A stretch of 61,650 nucleotides of DNA, the filler included, from Sphacelaria rigidula (Eukaryota), in NCBI GenBank assembly GCA_964200075.2. It is 3 parts of 3 records of this genome, joined end to end, with 100 filler letters (N's around TTAATTAATTAA, not from the genome) between each part and the next. Parts side by side here need not be neighbours in the genome. Positions count along the whole stretch, not along the records: positions 20,594 to 41,076 come from CAXNAA020000524.1; positions 41,177 to 61,650 come from CAXNAA020000525.1; 1 more part is not named here. The stretch is one strand, 5' to 3'. The first letter of the stretch is position 1. Each line of letters opens with the position of its first letter. Below the pieces are notes generated by a model that was given only the letters and a program-made list of their open reading frames with translations, searched no databases and had not been told where the DNA came from. Below are positions 35,359-49,165 of the stretch, piece after piece. A program made the translations under genes and the position numbers.

Positions 35359-38300
35359 GTGAGAAACGTGAGCCCGTGCCTCGTGTTGACGTGGATCCTC
35401 AGTTTGGCCGATAAGAGTTAACGATGGTTGCGAGAATCAACGCAGCTCGTATCGAACCAAACTGTCGGTAGATAGCACCTCCAACTGCCCATAGTGGAGT
35501 GGGCAGGAGTCCACCAGGGATCGTATACCACGTAAATGCCATTCAACAACGGCAGAGATACGAGCCCGAGCCTCGTATCAATCGGGAGCCTGAGTTGGAA
35601 GTTGAGAAACACCGCGATTGCGAGATTGGCGTGTGGTTCGTCTCGGAATAATCAGACGATTCATAGGATGTGTGCATCACGGCCCAATTCGTCTGCTTTC
35701 GATCAGACATGAATGTGAGAGCTTGAATTCGTGTTCAGACTGACCCAGCCCGTATCTTGAACTTACTAAGCACGCTTCTTGTACAGTGTAAGAGTACAAA
35801 CAGTGCAGTATTATTGGTGTTTGGTGTACATTGAGCGGCGCCTTGAAGTACGAGGACACCACGCCTCTGAAGAGGTGCGCACCCCTGAAAGTCATCATCT
35901 ATTGTAAGGGGGAGAACAAGGAACATATCCGTGATCATTATCTAACCGTTTGTTTGTTTTTTGGGAAGAATCGGAATCTGTTTCCTTTGGGCTCACCGCG
36001 GACCAGAGAAGTCGCAGTGAATTTCGAGGTTAAACTTGGTGCCCGATTTGTAGTCTTGTTAGTTGGGAGAGTACAGTAGGGGCCCGCTCATAAGAACAAA
36101 AATGATCGAATATCAGACTGAGATTTCGAAATGAAAAAGAAGATATTCATCCTTAACGACGACCGCTAGACTAAGTCCAGTACAGTAGGCCATGATAACC
36201 TTCGCATCAGATAAGGAACTCGGGCGGAGCCTGATTTTCGATATCTCATGAAGGGGGCGCTACTTGAAGCAGGGAACAGCTCGGTGATTCAAGGGTACAT
36301 GTTCTCAAATGCTTTCCATGTGCGCTGTGTCATGGTCCCATCGTCCAATGTGCGCGTGTGAGCGCACTGTACCGATTCTACTGCAGAGATTGCGTTCGTG
36401 TAGAGGATGAATTTCCATGGATAGTGACCATGCAAAGCCGAAATTCCATGTTCTTTGGTCTTGTAGACCTTGGGTGGCGGTGGTTCACGGCGCGAGCCAG
36501 GTATTGCTCAGAAGCTGATGACCCACAACTTGATTAACCAGTTCTATTTGAGGCTTCCAAGAATCCAAAAGTCACAAGGCATGGTCGGTGAAGAATGAAG
36601 ACAAAACAAAGGAGGCTATTCGTTTTCAAACAGAAAAAAAAGAGTGAGCGCTGCTGACCCGTTCATCGATAGCAGTGTATTTATTCAATGCAGCCGCAGC
36701 GTCCGTCTCCTTCTGTAGATTACAGATCCATTAGATGATGAATCAGCGGGCGTTTTTTTTAATTCACCAGGTAGCACCAAATTAATACTTGGAGTATTCT
36801 TTACCGCCAAGATTGTGAAGGAATGACGAAGCAGCAATATAAAGTAGCGTCGGTAAGACTCAAGATTTATTGGTCGCGACACCACTGTTTTTCACACTTG
36901 AGAAGGAATAAAGTTGGGTTGGACGATGTGTATCTACGACCTCTTCCCCTGTGAATGTGTCACTCTTGTGTAGAATGTCCTCCCGTCCCCTAGAACAAAA
37001 ATCACTTCGGCGTGATGGAAGTAGAAGTATTCGGATACCAAGAACGGATCACCCGCGGGTCGTCTACACCGTCGCTCTTTGTAAGGGTCGTCACTGATGG
37101 AACTTTTTGTGTCTTTTCCTATTTTGGGGGGGAATTTTCCCAACTTTTGAAAAAAAATGGTTCAAAAACATCCAACGCTAGACTTTCTGGGGCAGTCTTG
37201 AATTTATCTAATGGGTAGGGCTGGACTTGGTTGAAAATATCTACTGTCGCATTTTTCGGAGAGGATTTTATCTGCGAGAACGTCCGAAAAGTCGGAAAAA
37301 AATAAGAGTCCCGTTAATAACGACCCTAAGTCTCATCGTTATTTACTCTTCCCCCCCCCCAGATGAGTCCGCAGTCTCAGGGGATCAACTCATATCACCC
37401 CCCGGTACATGCCTGACGTTTTCGTATGGCAGATACGATCAGCACTCTCGCACCGCGTCGACTTTGGTGAGTTTCCTTTTGCTGGTGATGCTCTCATGCT
37501 CTCGTGTTGTCGAAGTCGGAAGTCGAATACTTGTCAGAAAATCCACAGCAGATGTTACAGTGCACCATCGCTGCTCCGAAGGCGGATAATCTCTGCGAGA
37601 AAAAAATTGGGACACGGTTTACGGTCGGTCGGCCTTGAGTGTCCGCTCGCTGTGTTGTACATTATGTCGATGATAAAGCACTGCATTTGGGTGAAAATGT
37701 TTTTGTATTGGACTGGGGATGCCTCCTGCATCACCTCCAGGAATACTTTGTTCGAAGTCTCTCGTTTTAATCTGTGCCGCACATCGAGTTTTCTTTCTTC
37801 TTATCACAAAATGGGTTTGGTGGGAAACGATGATTTCGTGAGCAAACTAAAGTCGATTCAACTATCGGCGCCGGAACAGTACGGCCGAACCCTTGTCGCG
37901 GTGAGAGTGAAGGCAAGTACCGCAGAATGAAGTTGGAGGAAAGAAAAAAAAAATCCGATGTGACCTTCCTCTTCCTCCTGTGTTACCCCGGCTTGTACGC
38001 CCTCACACCGGCACACCCAAAGGTGTACAGCAGGCGTCCAGAATTCATGGGATGAAAACACACAAAGTAAATCAACAGTGGGTTGGTGTACAAAAGCAGG
38101 GGCGGGAACTTGGATCATTTGACTGCTACATGAAGCAAGATGAGGCATTCCGTAGGGAAAGGCCGTGGAGTTCTCTTTGATCGGTACGTCGTCACTCCGC
38201 GTTCTCGATCTCTTGTTCGCGTCTGAGTTCGACAGGTCTTTGTGCTGTTAGAAAATGCCAAAGTTCGATATCTAAACACCCACACCTACTGCAGCCGTTG

Positions 38301-38482
38301 TCGGTCGTTCGAAAAGGGTCTCCGGGTGATGGAAGGGTTGTGGCCGGTCCGCCGTGACTGATTATGATAACGCCGAGCCAGCGTTCACCCCTCTCGAACT
38401 GAACCTACGCAGATGGGTACGAAGCGGATCAATGAGCACGCACGAGAAAATTAACTACTTTTGGTGTTGAGAATGTATCGAG

Positions 38483-38848
38483 GGCAGGTCGGGTAAGGTA
38501 TTCGCTGTACCCGGGTATCTGGAAACTCGTGCTGTTGGTACAAGAAGAATTGGGTAGGACATAGGATCATACCCAAATTATCCAATGTGTGTAAAATATA
38601 TTGAAATCATTCCCAACTCCACCCAATATTTTTAGGGAGTATCGAGATCGAACCCATGCTATCTCTATTTCCGAGTCTTGCTGACATTACTCACCCAATT
38701 TTTGGTTTGATTATTGAGATAATATCCAAGTCTACCGAACGTTTGCGTAGAGTGTTGAGATTGTGCCCAAGTAACTCACAAGTTGGCTAGAGTGAAACCC
38801 ACGTATTATATGCGGGTACTCAGAACTGTACACCCTGCCCGACCAGCC
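38483..38848. mobile_element. MITE with short imperfect TIRs and internal ACCCAA repeats
   Basis: GGCAGGTCGGGTAAGGT versus ACCCTGCCCGACCAGCC. Confidence 0.55.
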
Positions 38849-39274
38849 GTTGGGATATCCATAAGTGAGGAGTTGGAAACCGCAGAGTATATCGGATGTT
38901 GACAAGGGGCGGTGTTCGCAAACGGGGATGGGTGCTGAGTGGGCACTCAGCTATACCTTGAGCTCTACTGCTCCTGAAGTGGGCCTTGCACACAGGAAGT
39001 GATGAGGTACTTTCACCACTACGAGGATGGTCAGCCTGTAAGGTCGGCTTTCTTATTCGTACATACCCTCACTCTTACGCCTCACTCGATGTGGTTGACA
39101 GTGACGACAGCAAGCAGTGTCGCCACAATAGACGTCTAGCTGTCAGCACCCTTTCATGTCTGGAGCACCGTGCCATGTCGCGAGTTTTGTCTGCGTCACT
39201 GCGACCTTACATTGTGGTATCGTACATGGTGCAATTGCTACACGGGTGTGCCGTATGCCCTCCCCTCCTCTCAG

Positions 39275-39580
39275 GCCGAACAGAGGGTGGACTCGTCCAC
39301 CCCTCTCATCAGCTCGATTTTGGGGAGCATGCGAACAAGCTCGGGTGGGTCAATGAACGAACTCGAATCTCGATTGCCTCCTCGAAGGGGGAATCTCGCG
39401 CAGGCGGGAGCATCAGGCGCCGGCAGGGGTGATGACAGTTTGTCCATTGGCCAAGTCGGGGTGCAGGGCGGGGCTATACAGGTGCAGGCTGGCATGGCTG
39501 CGGAAGAACCGGCGGCGCGGCGCAATGTCCGCATGAACGTGATGGAGGATGGGGCCAGGGGGATGAATGCTAGCAGGTGA
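39275..39580 (+). CDS. Candidate terminal exon, low complexity (AEQRVDSSTP...MNASR)
   Basis: Pyrimidine tract with CAG acceptor and ~100 open GC-rich codons; product unknown. Confidence 0.45.
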   Translation, partial: AEQRVDSSTPLISSILGSMRTSSGGSMNELESRLPPRRGNLAQAGASGAGRGDDSLSIGQVGVQGGAIQVQAGMAAEEPAARRNVRMNVMEDGARGMNASR

Positions 39581-39824
39581 AAAACCTGACCGAACTGTGC
39601 CGTATTCTTTATATTCGTGAGTTCTCCCTGCCGTATGTGCTGTAATGGTGCAGCCCTCTTGTCATTTGCCAACCCGACTGATTCTACAATGAACCTCGTA
39701 TTCTGCAGAATTGATTGCTTGATTCATCAATGGAGTGATTGATTGATTGATTGTTACACGTAAACATCTACTACCCCCAAGTAATTCAGCCGTAGTCATC
39801 AGATGGATGTACCCAAGGTGAAAA

Positions 39825-40192
39825 GTGTGTGTGTTTTTGTCCCATCTATTCTGGACGCCAATTTACACTTCTCGGTATATGTGGGCGCACCAGCCGGAGT
39901 CATACAGGAAGGCCAACACAGGAGTTCTTTTCTTTCTTATTTGTTTTAGTTCTCCACCTTCCCCCTGAGGTGCTTGCCTTTTTTTTATATCGCAAGAAAG
40001 TTCAGTACCCCCTTTCCCTCGTCGACCGTGAAGTAGAATTTTGTGTAACCACAACATATTCGCCCTCCACTGTTGGGCGTTGTGTGAGAAAAAATCCCAG
40101 ATCGTGTGACTGAATCCGAGATTCGAACCCATGAACCCATGACCCAACCATCAGAAGGTTTCGAGGTTACCGATTGAGCCACCGAGGCGACT
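39825..40192 (-). mobile_element. tRNA-derived SINE, full-length copy 2
   Basis: Reverse complement aligns along its length with 502-850, including A/B boxes; (AC)n tail. Confidence 0.8.
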
Positions 40193-41076
40193 GACTTTAT
40201 AGTACGACCCCTGTATATCTTAGAATAGGTGCCAGTCGACCACACACCCCGCTGTGTCTTGCGTCTTCGCACCACAGCAGGTTCAAATTCCCGTGATTAC
40301 CGTGAGTTGGTCTTCGTTGCTGGTCAATACTCGACACTGTGGTTGAATCCTTCTCGACGTATGATGAAAATGTTCCGGAATCATTCGCCACATTGACGAA
40401 TAAAGATATTTGTTGCACTGTTCCTCGATCGGGTATGGCTCTGTAGTCTTTTACACCACAACGCTTGTAACGAAGCGTGGTCTGTGAGATGCAGGCTGTC
40501 TTCCAAAACTTCTTGGGATTGATTCATTGATGTGATTGATTGTTGGGCGTTAACTGATCTGATCACCGAGGTAGGGTACTGTAAGGGAGCCAACCGTGGT
40601 CATTTTCCGCAATAAAGACGTACCCAATGTAAACAAAACGGTATACTCTTGTTGAAGGAAACTCGAAAAAGGGAGACGACGGAGCAGAAAGATGCAACAG
40701 ACACAATGAACCGAACAAAAGCGCGAGACACACAAATCGGATAGATACATGTAAATAATGTTCAGGAAGGAAAGGAACGGAGAATCATGACACGATACAG
40801 CCGGTCCCTACAGAAATAGTGAAGATGATATCGTCATAAAACGAAAAATGTTGAAGCTTTTTGTGAACTATTGAGCATAAACTGTCCACCCACGGCTCGG
40901 CAGGGTCAAAGTACAAACAGCACTACACTACGAGCTGGGCCAGCTTTAAAGCTGCTAAAAGTTGCTCGCACCACAGCTTTCCCAGTTTCCCGAATGAACC
41001 CGATGAAAGCATATCACTGTGAACTGCTGACCCATCTGATGACAAAGGACTGCGTCGCTGTTCGATTGGCGTCGTA

Positions 41077-41176
41077 NNNNNNNNNNNNNNNNNNNNNNNN
41101 NNNNNNNNNNNNNNNNNNNNTTAATTAATTAANNNNNNNNNNNNNNNNNNNNNNNNNNNNNNNNNNNNNNNNNNNN
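41077..41176. other. Artificial contig-joining linker
   Basis: 44 N + TTAATTAATTAA + 44 N. Confidence 0.95.
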
Positions 41177-41374
41177 CGAGGTCAATGGTCTTATGACTAT
41201 GGCATGCATGATCATGAGTACACCCCCCTCGCCCCCTGGAAACCCTCGGATGTCCCCGGACTGTCAGCCTGCAAAACTGTTGCGAGGCGACGTTCGCTGT
41301 CTACGGATTAACTGGGAAAAGGGTTGATTCTCACTACCGTACACTGTTTTGATGTAGATACCAGTTTGGATATA

Positions 41375-44050
41375 CGAGCTGGGCCGGCCTAGACGCTGAT
41401 TTGAGCTCCCAAAGCAATATCTCATCGACACAGACGAGTTGAGCCGTGATCCGCATATCGTATTAATCGTCTGATCAAGAAGGTGTCCAGGTGCTCAAAA
41501 GTCTGGGCCATGTTTTCTCGTTCATTAAATCCCATGTCTAGTAATTCCTATAGTATATATACCCTACGGAGATAGCATCCATACTAGTCTACATGAAACA
41601 CCGAACCATATATATATATATATATATAGCGGATGATGACAATTTTTGGTGTGGACATCCCTGGATCACGGGGAAACGATCGATACCCTCACTTTCACCT
41701 AAGTCGTTATCCATCTCGAAATATGGCGCACATAATTTTCCATACTAAAATCGAAATATTTCGAACAGAGACACTAAATGCACTAAATCTGGATATTGCG
41801 CCTCAGTTTCTGAGAGTTGTGTGTGTGTACGTGTGTATGTGTGTGCGTGTGTGCTGCCATCCCATCTATTCCGGACGCCGGTCTACACCTTTCGGAATTA
41901 TATGTGGGCGCACCAGCCGGGGTCACACAGAAGGAAGGCCAACACAGGAGTTTCTTCTTTTTTGCTCGTTTTCACTGGCTGGTTCAGGTTAAAAACCCAA
42001 AATTGTGTCCCCGGCGATTCCTCACGCCGTTTTTTGGAGTTGGACCATGCAATTTTTCAAACATGTTCTTGAAGGCATTATCTAAAACTCGAGGAATGGG
42101 CTTCTTTGATTTTTGGTTCAGGGGTCGAGATAGCCGGGATTCGCACCCCCCCGTTCAACTTGGTCAACCGCGACCCTGTATAACCGGTCAACAAACGACA
42201 AAAGAGAAAATCCCATCCTTCGAGTTTTAGATAATGCCTTCGAAAACATGTGTGCAAAATTTCGTCGTCTAACTTGAACAAACGGCGTGAGAAAATTCGA
42301 GAACGCGCTGAAGCATGAAAAAGACTGCCGGCCCCCCTAATTACCTAATTAAAGTATAGAATCGCCCTCTTGGGGGGTTGTTTTTTTCGGTACAAGACCC
42401 AGCCGATTCAGTTTTTCGAGTTGAGCAACGGAAATTGGTACACATGTTCCTTGGGATACCACCTAACCCTACGACGTCGTACTTTTGGGTGTTGAGGCGT
42501 GCTGTACCGGGTTCTGGGGGTCTTTCCCCTGGGACCCCCGGAAGCCGGTAGAGAACAGAGAAACTTTGAAATATTGCCAAGAACACGAATTTTACATTTG
42601 GAGCATCAATACCTACGGAACTGCCAAGTTTGAGGATGATCTGAGTTTTTCTACAACAGAAGGGAAATCGTCACGAGACTCCGTGGGTCTTTCGTATGTA
42701 TCATGAGTGGAAATAAGACGACGCCAAAGCTCCGCATTACCCAAACATTACGGTTTCCGGCAAAATTTGACCTCGTCGGAACCGTTTTCAAATCTGTTTC
42801 TCCCGTCAGATTCCCAAGCTGATGACGGTTACTGCGATTTGAAGCATGTGGAGATTCGGTGGAAACTGGGCTTGGAAGTCTTGTTTTCAATTTCGGAACA
42901 ATTTGAAAGGCGCTGATTGGTCAAAGTATATTTTTGTCCATAGCGCCACCGATTTAGTCTTGAACAAAAATCTGGCTACGTCACCCTATTCTTCTGTTCA
43001 TTGCGGTCAGAATGATACCATGTATGCGACTATTGGGTGCGTATTGCGTTCGTCATTTGCCGAGGACACCATTTTGGGTTTTCAACCTGAACCAGCCTAT
43101 AGTTCTCCACCTTCCTTCTGCGTTACTTGCCTGTCTTTTTTATTGCGAGAGGGGTTCAGCCATCCCTTTCCCTCGCCGACCATAAAGTCGAACGGTGCTT
43201 TGAAATTTCGTATAGCGAATCGCTCGTGCATAACGAGAACAAAATCAGCATTTCATTTATTTTATTTTATTTCTCGTTTTTTCTGGAACGTTCAATTGAA
43301 AAATGGACAATGCTCTCGGACCTCATCTCAATTTTTCAGCTTAAGTTTCAAAATTGAGACATGAAACGTATCACGGAGAATCACAAAGGCATGCCGAAGA
43401 AAGAAAAATGGGCCTTCATTTTTTGTTGTTGGAGATGTATGGGCGTTATCGTGGAGATATGGTTTCTACTACACAACAACGTCCTGAACAAGTGAAGAAA
43501 AATATGAAAAATCAACATTTCCCACTTTTTTCAGTTCATGGCCTAGCGAGGTCCCACACAGAGATTCACGACACAACCACCAAACCTTGGCCGATGAATG
43601 GCCTAGAAAATGTTGTTCTGAATTTCGCCCGGCGCTGTTTCTAACTCACGCCGCCTCACCTCAATTTTGAGAGTCGAACTTCCAAATTTTGTTCGGAGAA
43701 AGGACAACATGCTAAAATAAGAATGACATGCGGGACACTTTTTTTTTCGTGAGTTAACCCTTTGACCGCGAGGGTAGGTGACGTGTTGAATCGGCATCAA
43801 TATTCACTTGGAAGAAGTATGCATGATCCAGATAGACTACTCGTACGTTGTCTAAGGATTAACGGCATTCTCCTGATGACGAGGTACTGATTATCGCCAC
43901 TAACTCACGAAAAAAAACTCAGTGTCCCGCTTGACATTTTTTAGCATGCCCTATTCTTCATCTTCACCAAATTTTTCAAGTCCAACTCTCAAAATCGAAG
44001 TGAGGCGGGGACTGCAAACCACAAATCCACGTCCAGGCCGGCCCAGCTCG
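41375..44050. mobile_element. TA-flanked non-autonomous DNA transposon (Tc1/mariner-like) carrying nested SINE and MITE pieces
   Basis: TIRs CGAGCTGGGCCGGCCTAGACGCTGATTT / AAATCCACGTCCAGGCCGGCCCAGCTCG; TA left, TG right; first ~430 bp similar to 53954-54380. Confidence 0.75.
43754..43862. mobile_element. ~100-bp piggyBac-type MITE
   Basis: TTAA on both sides, CCCTTTGACCGCGAG end, shared core. Confidence 0.8.
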
Positions 44051-45225
44051 TGAAACATTCTTCACATTGTGATTGCAATCAAGGATTCTTGTGTCCGTCT
44101 CGTCGATAACGTCTGTAGGCATGTGTGTTTTTTGCATCACCTGAATTTTTTTGTGTCAAATTTACATGATTGACGTATCCCTATTTTTCCATCTCCATTT
44201 CCATCTCCATTTCGAACTCCAATCCCAAGGGACACCGAGAGCCCTCGGGCCCGAGGATCTGGATCTTCTATTTTTGGAATATAGTCGAAGTTATTTCAAC
44301 CGTGGAAATTTGACGAAGCACTCATATCAGGGGTGTCTCAGACTCGGCTCTCGGTATCCTGGTTTGTTTTGTTCTATTTTTTCAAGTAAAATTGATGCCG
44401 GTTCACTAGATGATGAGACCGTTTGACTGCCAGGTCAGGTCCTCTCATGAATCGCGATCACTTCCACTTGAAAAAACACTACACAACTCAGAGCAAGCGA
44501 ATAAACCAGGATACCGGGAGCCGAGTTTGAGATACCTCTATTAGCGCTACGAGCTGCCGTCCTGGGTCCATCGTGCACAGCCTTCTGAAGGCATAACGGG
44601 AAAATCGCCGCGAAAGCTCTCTCGATGCAGAAATTCCATCAACGATGCATGAACACAATGATATATCTGTTTTCTGAGGCTGTGCAAACCAGTAATGGTG
44701 GAAGAATTCATGATGAGCCTGCACCAGTGACTAGTGATGTATCGAGTGTTTCGATGAAATGCATACCTCACCCACAACACCTGCAACAACACCTCGCACT
44801 AAATATTTGCCCGATTTTGTACCCCTCCATCACATCATGCGGGATTTTGGAAACTGCAGATGGACCCTTTTCTGGGTATGAGCCCTTCGTACCGAAAGAG
44901 ATTTTTACCTTTTTCACAATCCCCTTTCGACAGCGGATTCGACTCATAACGACCAATCCTAAGCCCCACGATCGTATTGGGGAGCAGTTTTGTACACATC
45001 GGATCCAAGTCTACACGCAGGTTCAGAAAACACCTTTAAAAGGGGATTTCAGGAAGTGTTGGACTTCGAGAGTTTTATTTTTTCGACGCGCGCGGGGGGG
45101 GGGGTATCGCTGCGATTAATTAGCGGTCGTTTTTTTGAAAAAAAGGATATTGAAAAAGGGGGAAATCTCCCTCGTTGACCGTTAGACAGCGACCCCCCTG
45201 CAGGTGGACTGATTTGGACTATACC

Positions 45226-45601
45226 TAGAGCTCGGAAATGGTACCAGTTATAACTGGCCATTGTCATTATGATGGTAATAATGGTAATGGTTATATGAAC
45301 ATTTTGGATGATGGTTTCAAACCATTATTTACCGTCACTGGCTTTATTAACCGTTATCGGCTACGTATGCTACATACCGCCCTTTGAAAATTGCCCCAAA
45401 TCGAACGTATTTTTCAACTTTCGTGAAGGCTAATCGTGTAAAAACGTGCCTCGCGCCTCCGGCGGGGGGCCCCCTCCACCGGAGGGCTTTTCGGCTTTTG
45501 GCTGATGACCAAACCATTATGTACCATTTTACTGGTTAATGAGTGCGCTACGCGTAACCATTCAACTCGTTAATGGTTAGACAAACCATTTCCGTGCTGT
45601 A
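45226..45601. mobile_element. hAT-type MITE
   Basis: TIRs TAGAGCTCGGAAATGG / CCATTTCCGTGCTGTA; 8-bp flanks ACTATACC / ACTATACT; internal AATGGT/ACCATT repeats. Confidence 0.75.
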
Positions 45602-48182
45602 ACTATACTACATTTGGAGTTCAGAATTGCTCTTTCCTCGCTACGTACTCGAAACGTCTTTTTCATGAACAGGTGGATATTTGTCATCTATACAGAAAAG
45701 AGTCCCGGAGGACCCCTGAACAGTTTTGACCCTGCAGTCAATTGCGTGTAGAGTCGGTATGTCTGTTCGCTGTGTCTTCACTGGATACAACCGCAAGAGA
45801 CAGTATATGTGTGCCATCGCTTTCCACTGAACACGATTTACTGCATGCTGCTGGTGCCTCTGCCTAGTGCTCAATAATAACACTACAGTGTGATGCTGTG
45901 CTAGTAGCACATGAGGGGTCAGACAGGCGGCGTAGACCACGAGCAGAATACAAAACAAGTTATTTGTATTCATGTAATATATGGTTGATTACCCATTACC
46001 AAAATGAGTCGTGGGGGTAAACAGCGGACTAGTCCAATGTAGTCCACCCAAACCGGAAGAATGTGCTCATTTTGACGACCGTGATTGGTCAGAATTGACA
46101 CCCGCGCCTCTCAGACCTCGTGCACGGCTCATAATTTCCCGCAGGAAACTTCCAAACACACACGGTTGTCTTGGTGAGCTTTTCTGCTCCTCTGTCAACA
46201 GAACCTCTCCTTCCCCTTAAAAACCACACACCCCGGCCACCGGAAACCCCCGAATGTCTCCCGACTGTCAGCCTGTAGAACTATTTTTGAGGCGACGCTC
46301 ACTGCCTAAGGGTGAAGAAGGGCCCATATATGTATAAATTGGCGACACGGCGAAAAGTTGTGTTCTCGGAACACTTCACCTGGTGCACATTAGACCATTT
46401 TTTATGGAGACCAATTCTGAATCCGACGGGACCCCAATATGTGCCAAATCGGGGCGACTCAGATTCGCGAAACCCAGATCCGTGTTGTGTACCACATTAT
46501 GACTCACAAATATTTTTTAATTGCTCTGTAAAAAGAGCGCCATTATCACCCGAAAACAACTTTTAGGGCGATATTATTCTGTCTGTATGTGACTTCCGTT
46601 GATCTAGCAGTAGCACTTGTGCCTCATGGAAATTCGATTCTTGGCCTGATTCAAACCAACTGTCGTATGCGGCGGGGCATATTGCCCGATTAATCATTCT
46701 GAGACCGGACCCCCACTAACCAGGTGTGTAACCCTCCTCGTCATGTAGAGTCCATTTGCGAATCGGCATCATTTGCAGTCGTTCAATTGAAAAAGATGCC
46801 GATTTACGATAAGCCCTCATTCCCGGTCTGTCCACTCCACACTCATGCCTCAGAAGTGGTTAACCCCTAGACCAGGAGAGTAGGTCATCTGTTGTATAGA
46901 AATAATTTCAGTTGAGACAAAGTGTGCATGATCCAGGTGGACTACCTTCGCGATTTAAGAGCCCAAGCCGCGGACCCACAACCAGTCTACGCCGGATCCC
47001 CATAATCGATGTACGCACCAAGAATCTTTACAGTGGACGGAAGAGGCCCTTCACCCCAAGCCGTCGCAGAATTCCGTGAGTACATGTTGGTGTTTTGTAG
47101 AATCCCAACCCTTTTCCGAGACTCTCAGCCAAGTCACACGGAAAGTTCTCCAGCAAGGGGGCGTAGATTGCATCAACATGGCTCAAATCTGCGGTAGAGC
47201 TCTCTCCCACCTTTCTCGCCTGATCCAGTTGTAAACTATTTGGTTTGAGTGTTGACCTATCGCGATTTCTACAAGGCTGGGTTATTCGGCCGGCCTGTAC
47301 GGGTGCAAGTGGTGCCTATGTGACTGCAGGGGTAGTGGTGGTAACCTTCGGCATTGACGAAAACAAAGGCCGTGTCTGTTTGAGACAAAGAAGAAAGCGG
47401 GAAAAGGAACCAAAGAACAAGAAGCGCGTTCACTACTCACCGCGATGCCACTGTACCCCGAGAAAAAATGCGCCGGCGCTGGCGCCTTTTTTTCTTTGGA
47501 AGCGAGCCTTTTTGAAAACTATTACTCGTACTATATTAGATTTTTTCACGCTATTCGCCAAGAATGTTTTGGGCTGTTGGACATGAAGGTCAATATGAAC
47601 CAGCGGCGTAATGACCCTTGCTGTGTTTCCTACCTGTCACGCGACCCGGATCTGAGGCATAGGCTCAAATGAACTTCTGATCTCACTGTCCCAGCACAGA
47701 CGATGCACAGCTCGAGCTTGTGGCTATTGATCGACTGAGTACGACGTTTTTCAGACAGGGGGAAGTCGATTAAACCTGAAGTACACGCGATGCCTTCATC
47801 AGTCTATCAGACAGCCTCTGTATGACGCATCCACAAACATGACCGGTCCTCTTCCAACACCAAATTGATCAAATTAAGAGCACTGTATATGGATTACTAG
47901 GAGCTAGCGCCAGGAGTGCTGCGCTTGTGCCGTGGATGTCCGTGCGTGTTAGCTCGGGTGGTGTTGGGAAGGTATCATGTGGTTGGGTCATGTGTCAGTC
48001 ACCCCTGTTGAGATTTCCAGACCTATCTCCGACTGCGTCCACTAGATGTATCTCAAACTCGAGGTTCTCGGTGTATCTTACGATAATTTACAGTTACATA
48101 TGTCGGGAACCCCGAGTTTGAGATGCCTCTAGCGCGGAAAGAATCATCGCTTTTCTCAGAAAGTCAGTTTTGTGAATCTTCG

Positions 48183-48288
48183 TTAACCCTTAGACCGCGA
48201 GATTAATCTTTCTGGCTCATGCATACTTTTGTTCACTCGAAATTGATGCCGATTCAACAGGAGAATAACCTCGCTGTCTAAGGGTTGA
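48183..48288. mobile_element. ~100-bp piggyBac-type MITE
   Basis: TTAA-CCCTTAGAC...GTCTAAGGG-TTGA; a more decayed copy lies at ~46860-46963. Confidence 0.8.
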
Positions 48289-48681
48289 GACCCCAAGGTG
48301 ATTTTTGTGGGCCGGCAACCTGCATGCTGCATGCCTTTGTTCCTCTTCCCGCTTCTTTTCTTGTCTCGAGAAGACACAGCCAAAGCACGTGTAACCATGG
48401 GTTCGGGGAGCCAGTTTGGGGGGCAATCTCGACAGGGCTCCTCCGTTCTCGATCCGCTCGGGTTGGGGTGTGCAAAATCACCAAGTCCACCTGAACGGGT
48501 CGAACTGGTGTAGTGGTAACCTTGAGGATTGACGGCAAATTATGTTCAACCATGAAGCCGGGGAGCCAGGTTTGTGAGAAATCCTCTTAACCCGTTCGGT
48601 ATGATATCGTGTTCCGTCCCAAAGAGGTTGTCCAAATCGAATGGATGCGGAAAGTTCACGAGCCGTCATCACTTATGCTAA

Positions 48682-49046
48682 GGCTACTTCTCATGTATTT
48701 TTAAAAAAGCTGGTTGAAATGTTCATGTTTCGCCCTTCTCTGTCGTTTTCCCCCCGAAAAGAGGGCTCGACGGATGTTAACATCTTGGAATGACCTGCTC
48801 TACTCGCTGAGATCGTTCAAGAGCACCTTGGGGTTTTCCGCAGGTCAAGGTTAAACTTGCACAGTTTCATTTTTGGTTAAATTTGCATTCTCAACGTGCT
48901 CTTGATCGGTCTCAGCGAGTACTATAGAGCAAGTCATTCCAAGGTGTCAACATCCGCCCAGCCCTCTTATCGGGCCAAGAATGACAAGGAGGGCCGAACA
49001 TGCACTTTTCAACAAGTTATTTTTTGAATACATGAAAGACGTAGCT
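48682..49046. mobile_element. Foldback MITE, PIF/Harbinger-like, copy 3
   Basis: ~150-bp inverted arms containing CTTGGAATGAC..GCTCTA as in 1172-1648; TAA/TCA flanks. Confidence 0.7.
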
Positions 49047-49165
49047 TCAGGGCTGTTCTTGGCGATATAGATCAGGGCCGTTTTTTGTCTTTTTCTACCA
49101 AAGCGTGAGGTCCCGTTATTTTTCCAGTACAGGGTACCCTTTGGTTGATGATTTATGGTTGACAG

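Noticed and set aside
34494-35414. 306-aa plus-strand ORF
   Set aside because: Mostly the antisense shadow of the RTE reverse transcriptase.
40580-40812. Solo LTR (TGTAAGGGA...TCCCTACA)
   Set aside because: No TSD and no second copy in the window; insufficient support.
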